DNA of 63,399 bases, the filler included, from Nemertoderma westbladi (taxonomy: Eukaryota > Animalia > Xenacoelomorpha): the NCBI GenBank assembly GCA_032718475.1. It is 3 parts of 3 records of this genome, joined end to end, with 100 filler letters (N's around TTAATTAATTAA, not from the genome) between each part and the next. Parts side by side here need not be neighbours in the genome. Positions count along the whole stretch, not along the records: positions 24,121 to 50,350 come from JAUCBJ010004381.1; positions 50,451 to 63,399 come from JAUCBJ010005051.1; 1 more part is not named here. One strand, written 5' to 3'. Numbering within the stretch: position 1 is the stretch's first letter; the number at the start of each line of letters is the position of its first letter. Below the pieces are notes generated by a model. The model saw nothing but the letters and a program-made list of their open reading frames with translations, searched no databases and was not told where the DNA came from. The position numbers and the translations under genes were made by a program. This document shows positions 49,140-63,050 of this stretch, one piece after another.

Positions 49140-49650
49140 GTATTTGGTATTTTTTCCAATTTATCTGTATTACTGTACTTAGGGTGCCACCTTTTCTAAA
49201 CACTATAATCTTTGTCTTTGCCAAATTTACCTCATGAGACCAGTAATCCGCAAATGAACACAATGTGTCCAAAGATGTCTGCAGTTTTGTTGCGCTATTT
49301 GCCATTAGAATGACGTTATCAGCGTATAATAGGAGGAACAACTGTAGATGACCTACATGTAGACCCTCAAATCCAACAGCTGCCAATTCCGCCTCCAAGT
49401 CGTTCAAGAATAGAGAGAAGAGGAGGGGGGATAAAGCATCCCCTTGCATTACCCCTACAAGTATATCGAACTGATCGGAATAATTACTGTCCCACCTAAC
49501 CCGAGCCTTAGCTGCGCTGTAAATGCTCTTTACGATTCCGAAGATTTTTCCTCCAAAGCCTAAACCACCAAGTTTTATCCAAAGGGCCTTGTGGTTAACG
49601 CTATCGAACGCACGACGAAAGTCAACGAAAGCGCAGTATAATTTACTGTA
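49140..49650 (-). mobile_element. LINE reverse transcriptase fragment
   Basis: CAFVDFRRAFDSVNH, GVMQGDALSPLLFSLFLNDL, LLYADNVIL, VNLAKTKIIVF. Confidence 0.9.
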
Positions 49651-50350
49651 CCAATAATTTTATAAATTATATAATATTATTAATAACATTTTACATTTGT
49701 GAAAAAAATAAAATAAATTGCACTTTTATGAATAATTCCTCAAAGAAAATTGAAGGTTGAAAAATATGCGATTTTTTGAGCGGCTCTAGTGTCTAGTGTT
49801 CCTTGTGTAATGTGCCTTTTTGAGGGACCTCAAATATTCCTTTGGCCTAGGGCCTCACCATGGGTCAATCAGGCCCTGAAGATACCAACTACCAAGCACC
49901 AGTAGTATACGCCAGCATTAAAAAGATTATGAATGATAACATTGTCTTTGAGTTTACTAAAAATGTATGTCATGATTTCAGATTTACAAACTAGGCAATA
50001 TCGAAACAAATTTATATTGCACTTATTCCACAAATATACGAAGTAAATAAGTTTGCTTTGAGATGGATACACGAAGGCTGGAAATGGTCCATCAGATGGA
50101 ATTCTCCCTTTGGGACTTCATACTCTAAATGTCATATCTTGGCTTGGCCTCCTGAGAATGCTTCCTTCTTAGGTGAAACCTACTTTATAGACAACATTTT
50201 TTCCAGTTGTTTATTCAATGAATTCTCAGTAGCATACTACCACTATACAATAAAGGGAAGAAAACAATTTAATGGCACATAATTTAACATGGTTAAATCC
50301 ACATTAGTCAATGGTCGGTCAGGAGAGGGAAAGGGGGGAGGGGGTGGGGG

Positions 50351-50450
50351 NNNNNNNNNNNNNNNNNNNNNNNNNNNNNNNNNNNNNNNNNNNNTTAATT
50401 AATTAANNNNNNNNNNNNNNNNNNNNNNNNNNNNNNNNNNNNNNNNNNNN
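50351..50450. other. Assembly gap / artificial contig linker
   Basis: Same N-TTAATTAATTAA-N cassette as at 24021. Confidence 0.97.
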
Positions 50451-52219
50451 CTATGTGTTGATATTATTAATAATTATCCTAATTAATATATCGTCAGTTG
50501 TTTTATTGAAGTCAGTTGAATTGTTTATCGTTCGAACAGTTCTCGTAAGGTGCCAATCAAGTATATGAGGGTGGGGTGCAATCGAGTCATAAAATGGTCA
50601 TTGTGATATCTCCAAATGGTCACTCGTGCATGCAAAATATATTGCTGCCTCTAAAATTATTCACCACAGAGAGATGTTCGGGATAATAATTAATTAGGTC
50701 GATATTAATTAATTGTCACTACTAATTAAAGTTAATCTTATGAAAATCGGCTTCATCTCAAAAAACTACATTATTGACCATATTGTGACAATAGTATACA
50801 TATATATTATATATGTACTTTCCTTTTTATATTATCAATTATCTATCAGTGTTTTATCTCTTTTACAGTTTTAGGTCAATATATATAACATTACAGCATT
50901 AATTTGCCAAGTTTTTAATAAACCCGTTGATTGACTTGCACTTTTTTATAATCAGGATTGACTTTCCATCATTTTACAAAATTCCGAAGAACATTATCTG
51001 GACCATCACTAGGCATCACAATGCCCTGATATGCCTCAGATATCAAAGGTTTAATACTGGTAGGCCTACTGGTACCAGTACTTAAATAACTTATTGCAAT
51101 AAAATGCTACAGGCAACATTTGCATTAATAGGCCTACCAATTTTTCTGGTATGTAGTATTATAGTCTAGGCCTATATCAGGCTGAAAATGGAATGCAAAA
51201 ACCGCAACACATTGTGCGTGCATGGATTTGAAATTCTTTTTTGTGCTTGGTAAAAGTGAGTGGAATTGAAATAAACGTAGGCCTATGAAGAATTGTGTAA
51301 AAAAAAACACTGAAAGTACGCAGTAATCTGTGCAAAAGATAAAAAGTCATGAAGTGCATGCAAAGCAGTAAAGTGAAAAAAATAATTTGGCATAAAAAAA
51401 TTTTGATGGGTTTGCTCCTGTTTCTTTTTCAATATTAAAATGTCTTTTTTTCATTTCACCATACCGGTAATATACTGGTGCTGAAAATTTATACATTTAT
51501 TTCAACTAGGCCTATTATTGTTGTCTGTATGTTGGTATGGGCAGATAGGCCTACATAATACCCTAATACCTACCTATTAATTAAGTAGGCCTGTGAGTTA
51601 ATTATAAAGGCTACCGGTTGTAAAACCGGTTAACCGGGCTGGGTTCAAACCCGGGCCGGGTTGGGGTGACCCAGACCTGGAACCGGACCCAGCAAAAAAA
51701 GTCGCCGGGTACCGGGTTTTATTAAAATTAAGCAATTTGCCTGAATGAGAATGACAAGCCTGTTTGGCATACCGTACCTATATAGGTAGGGACCAGTACA
51801 CAAAGTTGCCTAAACCAGTAGGTAGTCAGCTAGTAGTAGCATCTTCCTTACATTTTTAGATTTATTTTTTCATTTTTTTCTTTTGATTTATCATTTTTTT
51901 TAGATTTTTTTTTATTTGTATCATTTTTGATTAGCAGTTGGGCACTTTGTCAATGTTGACATGTTCCATGTAAAATTGACATGTCAATATTGACATGTTT
52001 TGATCATAAATTTTTTAAATATTGTGATTTGAAAAGTAAAAATTGTTTTTTTGTAAAGAGAATATCTATTTTAATTAAAATATTGTTGAATCCAACCAAT
52101 GTATATTGTTGTTTGTAATAATTTTAATGATATGTTTTATTATTGCATGTCAATATTGACATCTAATGTCAATATTGACACGAACGCTGGGTTCTTATGT
52201 TCATTCCACCCCCACCAAA

Positions 52220-52485
52220 TCTATTTAGAGGCCTTCGCTCAGCATCACAAATACTGAAACGATCTGTCAAAACGCTTTAGTTAGAGGCATTCTTGCTGCA
52301 TTATAAATACTGAAAAGAGCTTTTGAAACTATTCAGGCCTTCGTGAAGCATGTTAAATACTGAAAAAGAGCTGCTAAAACTGTTCAGAGTCCTTTGTGCA
52401 GCATGATAAATGCCGAAAAGTGCAGTTGAAATTTTTCAGAGGGTTTCATGCATCATGATAAAAACTAAAAAGAACTGATAAAAAC
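52220..52485. repeat. Diverged tandem repeat of about 55-60 bp, about 5 copies
   Basis: Recurring agaggccttcg..cagcat..taaatactgaaaa units. Confidence 0.6.
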
Positions 52486-53150
52486 CGAGAAAACCAATTT
52501 TCTCATCCAAATATTCAAGTCCAATATTGGACTTTAGTCAACTCCAAGGGTACCCATGCTGCCATATATGAGGATGAGCATATGACTGTATGAATAGATC
52601 ATAGAGATCTGGAGATAGAACATCATGCAGTCATGGCCCCAAACACCCAGACCCAATACTGAATACTGAATAGGCCTGCTGGCAGATTGGCAATGCAGTA
52701 GTGTAGCCAGGTAGTGTATATCAGTATTTAAATCAAAACTGCACTGTTATGGACTTGGACTGGGATTGACTGACTGGTACATACATCAGTACATACATAT
52801 TACATAATTACAATGCAACATTCTTTAAATGATCAAATTAAGTATTATAAGCAGGGATTACACACGTACCGTACAGACAGACAGTAGTTACTTTTTCGGT
52901 AGTGGTATGGCATATGGCTTTGCAGTAGATAAATAAATATATAAATAAATAAAATAAGACTACTGTCAGACTGTAACCTATGTTATTGAGTTAATGTTTA
53001 TTGACTAATTGTTTTGGTTAGAAACGCCGGGTTCACTGTGTCAAATACAATGCACACATCTCCAACATACACTACTGTTGAGCTTAAGTTCTCAGCTCAA
53101 TTTTCGCATGATTTTGACTGTATTTTAAGCCGTATTTTAGTGAAAAGTAC

Positions 53151-53730
53151 ATGGGAAAATCGAACAATCCGATAAGACATACTGTTGATATGTTGGTTCC
53201 CATGGAGGAAGACGACAATCTGGAGACGATTCCATACATACTTAGACCTCTGTCAACAGATATTCACGCCTTCCACTATAGCAACGTTAGGGTTGCCTTT
53301 GCTTCTGTGACAGTTGCGAAGGACAGATGCTCTGGGTTTCTTTATGGTAAGAGACAAGAGGAAGCGGGCAGGAGGAAGAGGAAGCCGTGCCCTTGTATAT
53401 ATCGGAAGAAGATAAGTAATGATTGGTTTCTGGCGCTATTCATCTTTCCGGAGGTCAATGACTTTCCGGAAAGTGTACACTGGACAGCTTCTTTCGCTAT
53501 TTCTCAGCTCTTTGTAAGGACGTGATTGATGGCGCTGTACTTGTTCTAGGGGGGCGACTTACATGGGGATGGGCGAAGCACTGTACCAATGGGACTCATA
53601 TATATCTCTGGACAAGGGTAGCAATAATACCGACAAGGACTACTCACTACCACTTCTACACCCAAACAATAGGCACGGTTGTGAACCATTTTATACCAAT
53701 GTTTCAGGTGACGACTGCCCACTGACACTA
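53151..53730 (+). pseudogene. Possible decayed LINE APE endonuclease
   Basis: Frame-hopping motifs VLVLGGDLH (GDFN-like), TYIS and SGDDCPLTL (SDH-like). Weak. Confidence 0.3.
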
Positions 53731-54080
53731 GAATTATTACGAATTATATGCCATTCACCTCCAACTCACAGAATAATACAAAATTTAATAGATAACAATC
53801 CACTTTCAGCATTACTTCTAGTTTCAAACAGTTTCGAAATACATGTCTACACTGCGTTAATAAGGAATTCAAAACTTAAAACTCTGCGCCAACATATTAA
53901 GATATTTCAACTGACATAAAGGTCAGCAAGCAGTCCAGAATTCGGTGTCCTACTTGTAATAAGGGATTTGAAACTCAAAAGACGTTTCAGCAACATATGA
54001 AGCGATTTCATGCTGCTCCTGTTACTAAAATAAATCGTTTTCATCATTGCGATAAACAATTCAAAAGTAAAAGAACATTA

Positions 54081-56752
54081 CCGTAAAACGGGGTGACTTC
54101 GTCAGTTTTGAGCACGTTTCAGTTATTTTCTAGTTACTTTTAGGTCCTACTGTGGAGTATTTCAGCTTATTGTAACATTATGTTATCCAGCTATAGGTTT
54201 AAAATAGACAAGCATGCCAATTTGGCTTGCTTGTCTATTTTTTTTTAACTCAAAGAAGTGTCGAAGTCACCCCATGCTATGGGGTGACTTCGCCACTGAA
54301 GCTTTTCGTGATGAGAATGCGAAATAAACCCGGCTAAGGGGTGACTTCGACCTGTTTTTCAGTTTTAAAAAAGTCCCATGATAATGACAATAAAAAATGG
54401 CCTCTACATGGATATTGGTTAGTCCATTGCCATTTTCTATTGTCACTAAAATGGGCCACAATGATGCCAAATAAAATTATCAGAAAATCTTATTGCACTG
54501 TTTGTAAATTGCATAAAATAGTAGCACAATTATAGAGATACAATAGGGCCTATATATGACATGAGGGTGAGTAAATAAAAAGTAGCACAATACAATATTA
54601 TGAATTTTATGGCGAGGTAGGTAATACCTAGATGAGGTAGAAAGAATTAAGAATAAAGCCTAATAAAACGAACACGCACATAGTCAACGTCAAAAGTGAG
54701 GTGTCATCTCCTTCCCCTGATTCAATCACTTTTAAGCTTCTGCTTCTGTAGCATCTCCTATTTGACAATGACATATGTCCACAGCTGCAATACCTGTACC
54801 AACTTTATTGGTTATGCATTGGGTGTGATACCACTGGGAGCAGTTGTCACAATCCTCCCAATTAATTGCATAACCCTTCGAGCTATTTGGTGGAGTTTCT
54901 TTATGACACAAGCCACAAACATCTTCTGCGTCTTCAAGCTCACTCTCCGAATCCACTAGTACTGATTCGTTGCTGGGACCTGCTGACATTGATATGTCAG
55001 CCTCAGATTCAGACAACACTTCTACTTCCTCCTCGCTGCTGCTGCTACTGTCTTGCACATTCATTTGAACTGTTCGCAGACGCTTTGGTGTCTTTCTACT
55101 CTGCCTGGGTTTCGATATTTTCTTACTCGAAGTTGCTGAAGGGTATCAGCTGTTGCAGGATTGCCAGGAGCCAGTTTGACACCACGCTTGTAGGTCTTTC
55201 TCTTTGTCGGCCCCACGTGTTGCTGTAAAAGTTCAGCAACCCCTTCCCCAAAACTATGGGAGACTTGCTCTGCGCTAGTATCAGCTGACAAATGTTGGGG
55301 CAGCTTCTTTAGCACTTCATTCCGATCAATAGTATACAAACCACTGCTTCTAAAACCTGACACTACGTTCTGGGTTCGCTCCTCTAATTTAGTGGATACA
55401 CGATTGAGAAGGCCAGGGAATTTGTTCTTGGGAATAGAACCTTTGGTTCTGGTTTCTTTCCGCCAGGTCTCCAATATGTTCTTCCAAATGGCCTTTCAAG
55501 GACGGAACACAGCAACATCCAATGGCTGCATTAGATGTGTTGAATTTGGCAGAATGAAAATCAGCTTGATATTCTCTTCTAAGCACTTCTCTACAACAGC
55601 AATTGATAGGTGGGCCGAAAGGTTATCACATATTAGAAATATCGGATGATCAGGGGAGCGATGCTCAAGAGCATGTGGAAGAAATACTTCAAAAAACCAT
55701 CGTTCAAACATAGTCTGATCAAACCATCCACTGTCAGTGCTGTCGTATAACGCACCTTTAGGTCCATTTGTCGTAGCGTTTGTAGTAGTTTTTAGCTTTA
55801 TACACAACCATTGGCGGTGCAAACTTCCCTTCAGCACTGGCACAGAATATCACACTTGTACACTGCTTTGAGTGGTCAATTTTTCTTTCGACTCGTTTGC
55901 GCCCTCGCCTGCATATCACCTTTTTGCTCCCAGGGTTGTCCGAAAAATTGGTCTCATCACAGTTATGGAGGTTACATGGTGGGGTTCCTGGAGGTATAGC
56001 TTTTTCCACATTGTCATAGAACTGGTTGACGGACTCAGGATCAATTTCAGCCCGAGTGGGTTTCACGTTGTCTGCAGTTCGAGAAGTTAGATTATGTCTT
56101 CTTTTGAAGCTATTTATCCAGTCAATTCCTGGTGTGTTATTCTTAAAAGATCTTGCTATTAACTCCTTTCCTGTTTAAATATCCCTGGACCAACAAGCTA
56201 AGATCTGTATTATCTACAGGGCATTTCCAGTCAGCGAGAACGTTAACTACCTTCACTAGCACTTCTTCTTCAACACTACCTAGGACTTGCTGTCTGTCCA
56301 CCATGTTTTAGGGGGTGGTTGTTATGTAGTTTATCCCTTAGGGTTGTTCGCGGAACTTTAAAATCTCTTGACGCCTGGATTACACTTAGTCCACGATTTT
56401 TAACACTGTTGACAGCTTCTTTCATCGACTCATCTGTGTAGGCTGTTCGGTAATTTCGTGAACCCCTCACACGCTTATACTGACGTGGCATTATTAAACA
56501 AAAACAAAAACAGAATCTGACAAAATAACAATATCTCGAGTACCTGAGACCTATAGTACCATATTAGGCCTATTTTGTACTTGTATAGGCTGATAGATAC
56601 CGGTATTTTGTGTTTTTATTACTGTTTTCAACTTCCAATTACATTATAAGACATTTACGGGTACTTTTTACAAGAAACTAAGTATAATTTTTAGTATTGA
56701 CGAAGTCACCCCCTGTAATGACGAAGCCTGACAAAGTCACCCCGTTTTACGG
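54081..56752 (-). mobile_element. Full-length pogo/Tigger-like transposon with TA TSD
   Basis: TA|CCGTAAAACGGGGTGACTT ... AAGTCACCCCGTTTTACGG|TA, with internal ggggtgacttcg subrepeats. Confidence 0.92.
54732..56491 (-). pseudogene. pogo-family transposase (HTH_psq / CENP-B HTH, DDE_1, C-terminal PHD finger), frameshifted
   Basis: KVPRTTLRDK, HNCDETNF, SGWF, CDNLSAH, LPNSTHLMQPLDVAVFRP, SGFRSSGL, CGLC...CDNCSQWYHTQC. Confidence 0.92.
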
Positions 56753-58101
56753 TACGTCAGCATATCACAAATTTACATAAAGGACGGATACCAAATAAGT
56801 ATTTACTAAATTTTATTTAATCTCTTTTGTTAAATGCCAAAGTGCCTTTAGGGAACTCTTAGGATTTATACTACAGATCCCCTAAAGCGCTAACGCATTT
56901 TGGCATTTATGCTGGATGCAATTATCTAGGTAGGCCTACCTGGAGAAAATGCCATGAAGTGCCTTTTGCTAGGAACTATTCGTGTGAATTAGCCACACGT
57001 GCAGCGTGCCCGTGCAGACGTGATTTACTTGGTATGAATTTAATTGCTTGGTGTGTGGGTATTTTCAGTGCAAGCTTGGTACCGGTATACTGTCCAGTAT
57101 TGTGCAGCTGAAAAATTGTGTCTGGAAATTTCTACAAATTAGGCTAGTATCATTGAAAACAGGTAGGCCTAAATTGTGTTGTTAGTGTCACAACTATATG
57201 TTGGCTAAAGGCTAAAATGTAAAAATGTTTTTTTTTATTTAAAACATTTTTATAAGAAATACCGGTAGGCCTACATAGAACCAATGACCTGAACCAGTAC
57301 CCATACACTTTGTACCATACCATGGCTATGGTACATCAGTAGGCTAACTACATTGCATGACATGATGACCTAAAATTCAAATTAGGGTGGTGTTAGAGTT
57401 AGCCTACCACTCAGTACCTTATAGTAAGTAAGCCTTCTGCAGTACTGACTATCAATGGGTGCGGGACAATTTGCTACAAAGTTAGTAAAACAAAAGTGAA
57501 GTGTCTACTGATTCACTACTGATTTTTATCTTCTGGCAGTTTCCCCTTCTTTATCAAACCAGACCTAAGATCAAGCAAGGCCTTTCCTAACCGTTTCTGA
57601 TAGTGGTTTATACAATCCACTTTATCAACCCTCTTACAATCCACTTCTCCTGAAAGATGATGTTCCCAGTTCCTTTTTCCCTCAACCGAACCGTCATACT
57701 CTTCTTTCTCGGCCGCACTCTTTTCACTGTATTTTAGGCATTCACTACAAACACCATAAACATCCCAGACCTTGTTGTATGAGCTTGCATCCCCATCACA
57801 TATCATGTTACAGTAGTAGACATTAGACTGGGATTGCCTTTCTCTTATCAGTTATTTAGACCTTCTAAATATTTCTAGTGCAATATCACTCTCCATTGAA
57901 CCGCTGGACTTCTCATATTCTCCCACACAGGCCTTCTTATGCTCCTCATACCAAACATAGTACTCTGGCGATCCCTTCTTATAGCAACAAAACAAGCATT
58001 GCTCACAAATTTTTGATCTGATTCCATAGTCTAAAACTTTGTTTGTCTCCATGGAAATAGCAAAACCACACCCATAGTTAGATGAAAATCCCCTTTTAGG
58101 C

Positions 58102-58327
58102 GGGTGTAAACATTACGCCGACAGCCAACAACCGACAACTGACAGCCGACAACTGACTGCCGGCAACTGACAACCAACAGCAGACAAATGACAGCCAACA
58201 GCAGACAACTGACAGGGTTCAACCGAATGAATTGCATTGAATGTATTGCATTCAATAGTACTACATAAGAAGGGTAGCAATGTAAAAAAAAAAGCGGTTG
58301 TTGGCTGTCAGCGTAATGTTTACACCC
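58102..58327. mobile_element. Mutator-type MITE with 9-bp TSD, inside the transposase motif PKRG
   Basis: GGGTGTAAACATTACGC TIR. cttttaggc at 58093-58101 and 58328-58336. Internal 7-bp gacagcc/gacaact repeats. Confidence 0.9.
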
Positions 58328-58738
58328 CTTTTAGGCCATGTCCCATCAAAAGAAATAGAACAAGAATCACCAATCTTTCCTTCATGAATCTCTGCCCTTG
58401 CATTTCCAAGTTCTTGTTCAACCAACTCAACATGGACATCATAAATTTTTTTCGTCTACTGAAATTAGACTTGGTCATAGTAAACGGCATATCTAAAATC
58501 TCGGCGAAAGTATGTATAGATTCTAAACCTAGTCCCATTTCGAGGAAAGCGTAAACCATGGTATCATTCACAGCAACAGATTCAAGGTCTGCAGGCTTAC
58601 GGTGTATAGTTGAAGGCTGCGTAGAATTATCAATATATAGTTCAATGTCACATACAGAACAAGTGGTTTTTACTGAAGTCTGAATTCCTTGACAATCTTG
58701 AGTTTCAAAGTTTAGTATTCCAGGGCATCCACCGGCTA

Positions 58739-60143
58739 GGGTGGTTCATATTTCAAAAATTTTTGAATTTCAGCTGGGTTCATGTTCTAATTTGTTCCAA
58801 ATTGCATAAAAACACGTTTGATAACTGCAAAATGTGTTGGAGTTTCCGGGAACTACACCCACCGTGGCATCATAGTAGCTGCTTGAACCGTCGCCTGGTC
58901 CCACATAAAATGTAATCGTGGGACTAGTTCTTGTCATTGTTAGGAAAAAAAGGTATACATATTCCAATTTCTTGCACAATTTGCTACAGAATTGCCGTTG
59001 AACCCAACTGAAAATGTTAGTATTAAATTCTTTGACATGTCTGCATGTCCACGTCCAGTTCCCGTCCTTGCCATAAGTGAGTCATATTCCCCATTTTTGT
59101 GATGATCAACTTCTAATATTCCTACCACATGGATATTATGCTCATTAGAACCGCAATGACTGATTTAGTTGGTGTAGACACCTTCAAAACAAGCATAGAG
59201 CGAATAGTTTTTGAGATATTGCAGAAAATGTGGAAGTCCGGTATAAGTCAACATTGGCGCCTTGATGCGATATCGACAAATACACTAAAAATGATACTTC
59301 TAATTATCTCAAGGCATTCACAATTCACACATAACTGCAGTGATCCATTTAGGGGATGTTGACACTCTAATAATATGAGTTCAGTGATTAGTTCTCGAAT
59401 TATTGTACAAAACGTCTGGACTGAGTCAGCTCAATATAAGGTCATTAATTGGTGGACCTAACCCTGATATTTTGTACAATAACTCGAAAACTAGTCACTC
59501 AATTCATATTTTTAGAGTGTCAACATCCCCTAAATTGATCATTGTAGTTATGTGGGAATTGTGGATGCCCTGAGATAATTAGAATTATAATTTTTAGTGT
59601 ATTTGTCAATACCGCATCAAGGCGCTAATGTTGACTTGTACTGGACTTCACATATTCTGCAATATCTCAAAAACTACTCGCTCTATGCTTGTTTTGAAGA
59701 GGTGTCTACACCAACTAAATCGGTCATTGCGGTTCTAATGAGCATACTATCAATGCGGTAGGAATACTAGAAGTTGATCATCACAATAATTGGGAATATG
59801 ACTCACTAGCAGGTAGCAGCTAGGGTGGGAACTGGACGTAGACATGTGAAAGAATTTAATACAAACATTTTCAGTTGGGTTCAACGACAATTATGTAGCA
59901 AATTGTGCAAGAAATTGGAATATGTATACCTTTTTAACCTAACAATGACAAGAACTAGTCCCACGATTACATTTTAAGTGGGACCGGGCGACGGCTCAAG
60001 CAGCTACTATGATGCCACGGTGGGTGTAGTTCCTGGAAACTCCAACACATTTTGAAGTTATCAAACGTGTTTTTATGCAATTTGGAACAAATTAGAACAT
60101 GAACCCAGCTGAAATTCAAAAATTTTTGAAATATGAACCACCC
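58739..60143. mobile_element. 1.4-kb palindromic foldback insertion
   Basis: Arms 58739-59412 and 59470-60143 are reverse complements with scattered mismatches. Spacer about 57 bp. Confidence 0.9.
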
Positions 60144-63050
60144 GAATCCACCCCCACCATTGTGAATTGCCTGAGTAAAACTACCACCATTGTGAATTGC
60201 CTGAGTAAAACTACAAGTATTTTCGAAGTTTAGAAGTAGGTAACCTTATCGGGAATGGGCCCACCCCACAACATTCCACATCAGTACCGGTACTGGTTTC
60301 ATCATTCTCACTCAATTAACTCAACTCGTTTTCTCACATTTCCCGATTAGTTGCGGACACTTGGTCATTTCCAAACAAAGTCCTTGAAAGTTTCTTCTGT
60401 GACGCTGTTAGAGGAAGTTGGGTTGGGTTGGGTTCAATTGATTTAGGTTGGATACCGGGGGTATCGTGATCGTCAGAATCCACCAATGTCAATCTGGCTG
60501 AATTCCTCTTTGCAGCGGCGCGAGATCTTTTAGTTGGCGGTGGCATTTATATAATATATAATATATATTGATGAAGATATAATATAAGACGTGAATATAA
60601 AATTTGAATGAAGAATGCAGGTTTGTGGTGATTTATATAGGCCTACCATGTACAAAACGAATTATGTATGATTTATCAAGTTTGAATTTCCCTCCTAAGG
60701 CTAAAATGTCATTACACTTATATACAATGAGGTCACACAATTTTCCTGCCCCAGAAATTAATAAATTACAAAAAATCTCAATTTAGTATCTCAATTTAGT
60801 CGAAAAAATGTAAACCTTGAGTCATTATATCAGCTGTAACTCGAAAACTAAAAAAGATAAAGCCAAGCCGTTTTCGGATTGGAACCGCCATAAAATTTTG
60901 GACAATTCTACACCATAATATTTATTTTCGTTTTTCCTTCGATCTGGGGGGGATTACACCTAAAATTCATGCTATAATCCACCACTATATTCCTCGGTTT
61001 TGTGGTATGTACAATATGCCATTAGGATATTTTAGTAACAAGCTTTGACTTTAATACGATCTGGGAGAGATATAATTTCAATGATTATCCAGTATATGTA
61101 CCCTGGTACACAGGCTCTATCCCACTACATGCACTACTTTTTTTCAGTTCGTTAGTATCAGTAAAACTTTATACTTACAGAAGGAAGCCCAGTGTTTGGT
61201 ACGAACTGGTCTTGGCCTTCTTTGCTGGCGACGACTTAGGTTTAAACTTCTTCGCAATGCAGGTCACGCTCAAGAACTGTGCTGTCAAATGATGCCCCTC
61301 CATCACCATTGGGTTCTCCATAACCTCATCAAGAGATGCTCGCCAAGCATACTGGGCTTTGGATCATTATATTATATTATTGAGATATTATAGATTATAA
61401 AAATATAACTTAGTAATATAAAACTAATTTAGTATACAAGGGGCTGAATATAAGCACAATAACGAAATAAACACAATGATGATAATTTTTATGATTATGT
61501 AAATGAGGTACAGAAATGAATATAAGAACAATTTAATTCAATGGTATATACAGATAGTTGATTTTCTGGTTCAACAAACAGTTAAGATAGTTCAGGTTCT
61601 TGTCAATGCTTCTGCTTTACCATCAATCAGATTCTAGTCATATTGAATGAACACTTAGATTGAATTTCTGCAGAAAAAATATGCCTTTGAAACAATTCTT
61701 ATTTACGTTATTTTGTAATATACACTTTTAATTAAATAAATAATTAAACTTTGTAACAAAACATATTCCTCCGAATCATTGGGTTCACTTTCAATATCTT
61801 CCGAGTGGTTATCATATATTAACATCAGGGACCAGATACTGAGTGGAAGGAAACTGTCAGTTTTCAGGCAACATGAATTGGAATTACTGATACAATGGCT
61901 TCTACCTTATCAATATAATCGTTTTCCAGGTCTATACAGACATGAGTCGGTGATTCATCCACATAACAAAGATCATCATCAAGAGAGGGATAAAATGTTT
62001 CATTTAGAAAATGCTTTAAAAAAAGATACATTTAGAAAATGTTGTGGTATTCCTGATTATCTTTATTCGTTTCATGTACAATGATTATGTTCCTCGTCAT
62101 CGAGTTTGAAATACTCTCTCACTTTTCTGAAACTGCCATATATAGCCTTGAACTTTGAATAAACGTATCCCAGTCCCCATATCATCATCCATTGATGATA
62201 TATATGTATTGCCTCATCTACCTTTTAGGACAGTAAACCTATCATAATACCATTAGTCTCACTATATATTGGGTATATATTGGATAATACCAATGATCGC
62301 TCTGCTGATTGTAGAGCAAATGCCACTTGCAGATATGCAACAATCTGGTTTTGCAATGGTCACGGATTTCATTTAATATATTCGTAAGATACTCAATCAC
62401 TCTGCAGTCCAACCTTTCTAATAGTCATCCATGAGTTCATTCCAATCTGTCTCAACTTCATCTGAAAGAACAACCTTTGTTATTTTATATCATCTTGCTT
62501 GATTGTTGTAATTTCAGTATTATTGTTTAATCCCCATATTGTTTATTTAAAATATGCTCAATTATTTAATATTAGTATCTAAGAAAATAAAATAAATTGA
62601 ATTGAATTGAATACGTTTTCTAATGATAAAACCATAGTTTGCGAATTAAACCATGGTTTATGATTTATAAAACCAATGTTTTAAATTGCTGTACAATTTG
62701 TCAAAAATAAGGTTTCCTTTGAAAAACATCTGGGATTTATTTTTCCAAGATAAAACCATATAGTAGTGGCCAAAATATTAAAGCGCCCAGTTTTACCCTG
62801 TTTCGTGGCATTTAGGGCATGTTGTATACACTTCCATTGATTACTTACTTTGTTTGCACTTTTTACTCTTATACTCACATTATAGTATGACATTTTAATG
62901 CTTGCAAAACTTTGTTTGATTTTTGCTAACTGGATGGAAATTTAAATTAACCCATAATTTTGTTGTTGACAGCCCTTTACTTAGCTTAGGTTATTTATGC
63001 TGATCTGTGTACTGTATACTGTACCTATCACACAAATGTCAGTCTGTATG

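Larger units (their letters stand above)
57516..60546 (-). pseudogene. DDE transposase of the Kolobok/Mutator-like (CxxH) type, interrupted by two insertions
   Basis: FDGTWPKRG-FSSNYGCG, KVLDY..SKICEQC, SSGSME, ICDGDASSY, DCINHYQKRLG. A candidate element end lies near 60960 (ttttAGGTGTAATCCCCCC on the minus strand). Confidence 0.82.

Noticed and set aside
58770-59362. Short ORFs in the palindrome arms
   Set aside because: No motifs, and not preserved in the opposite arm.
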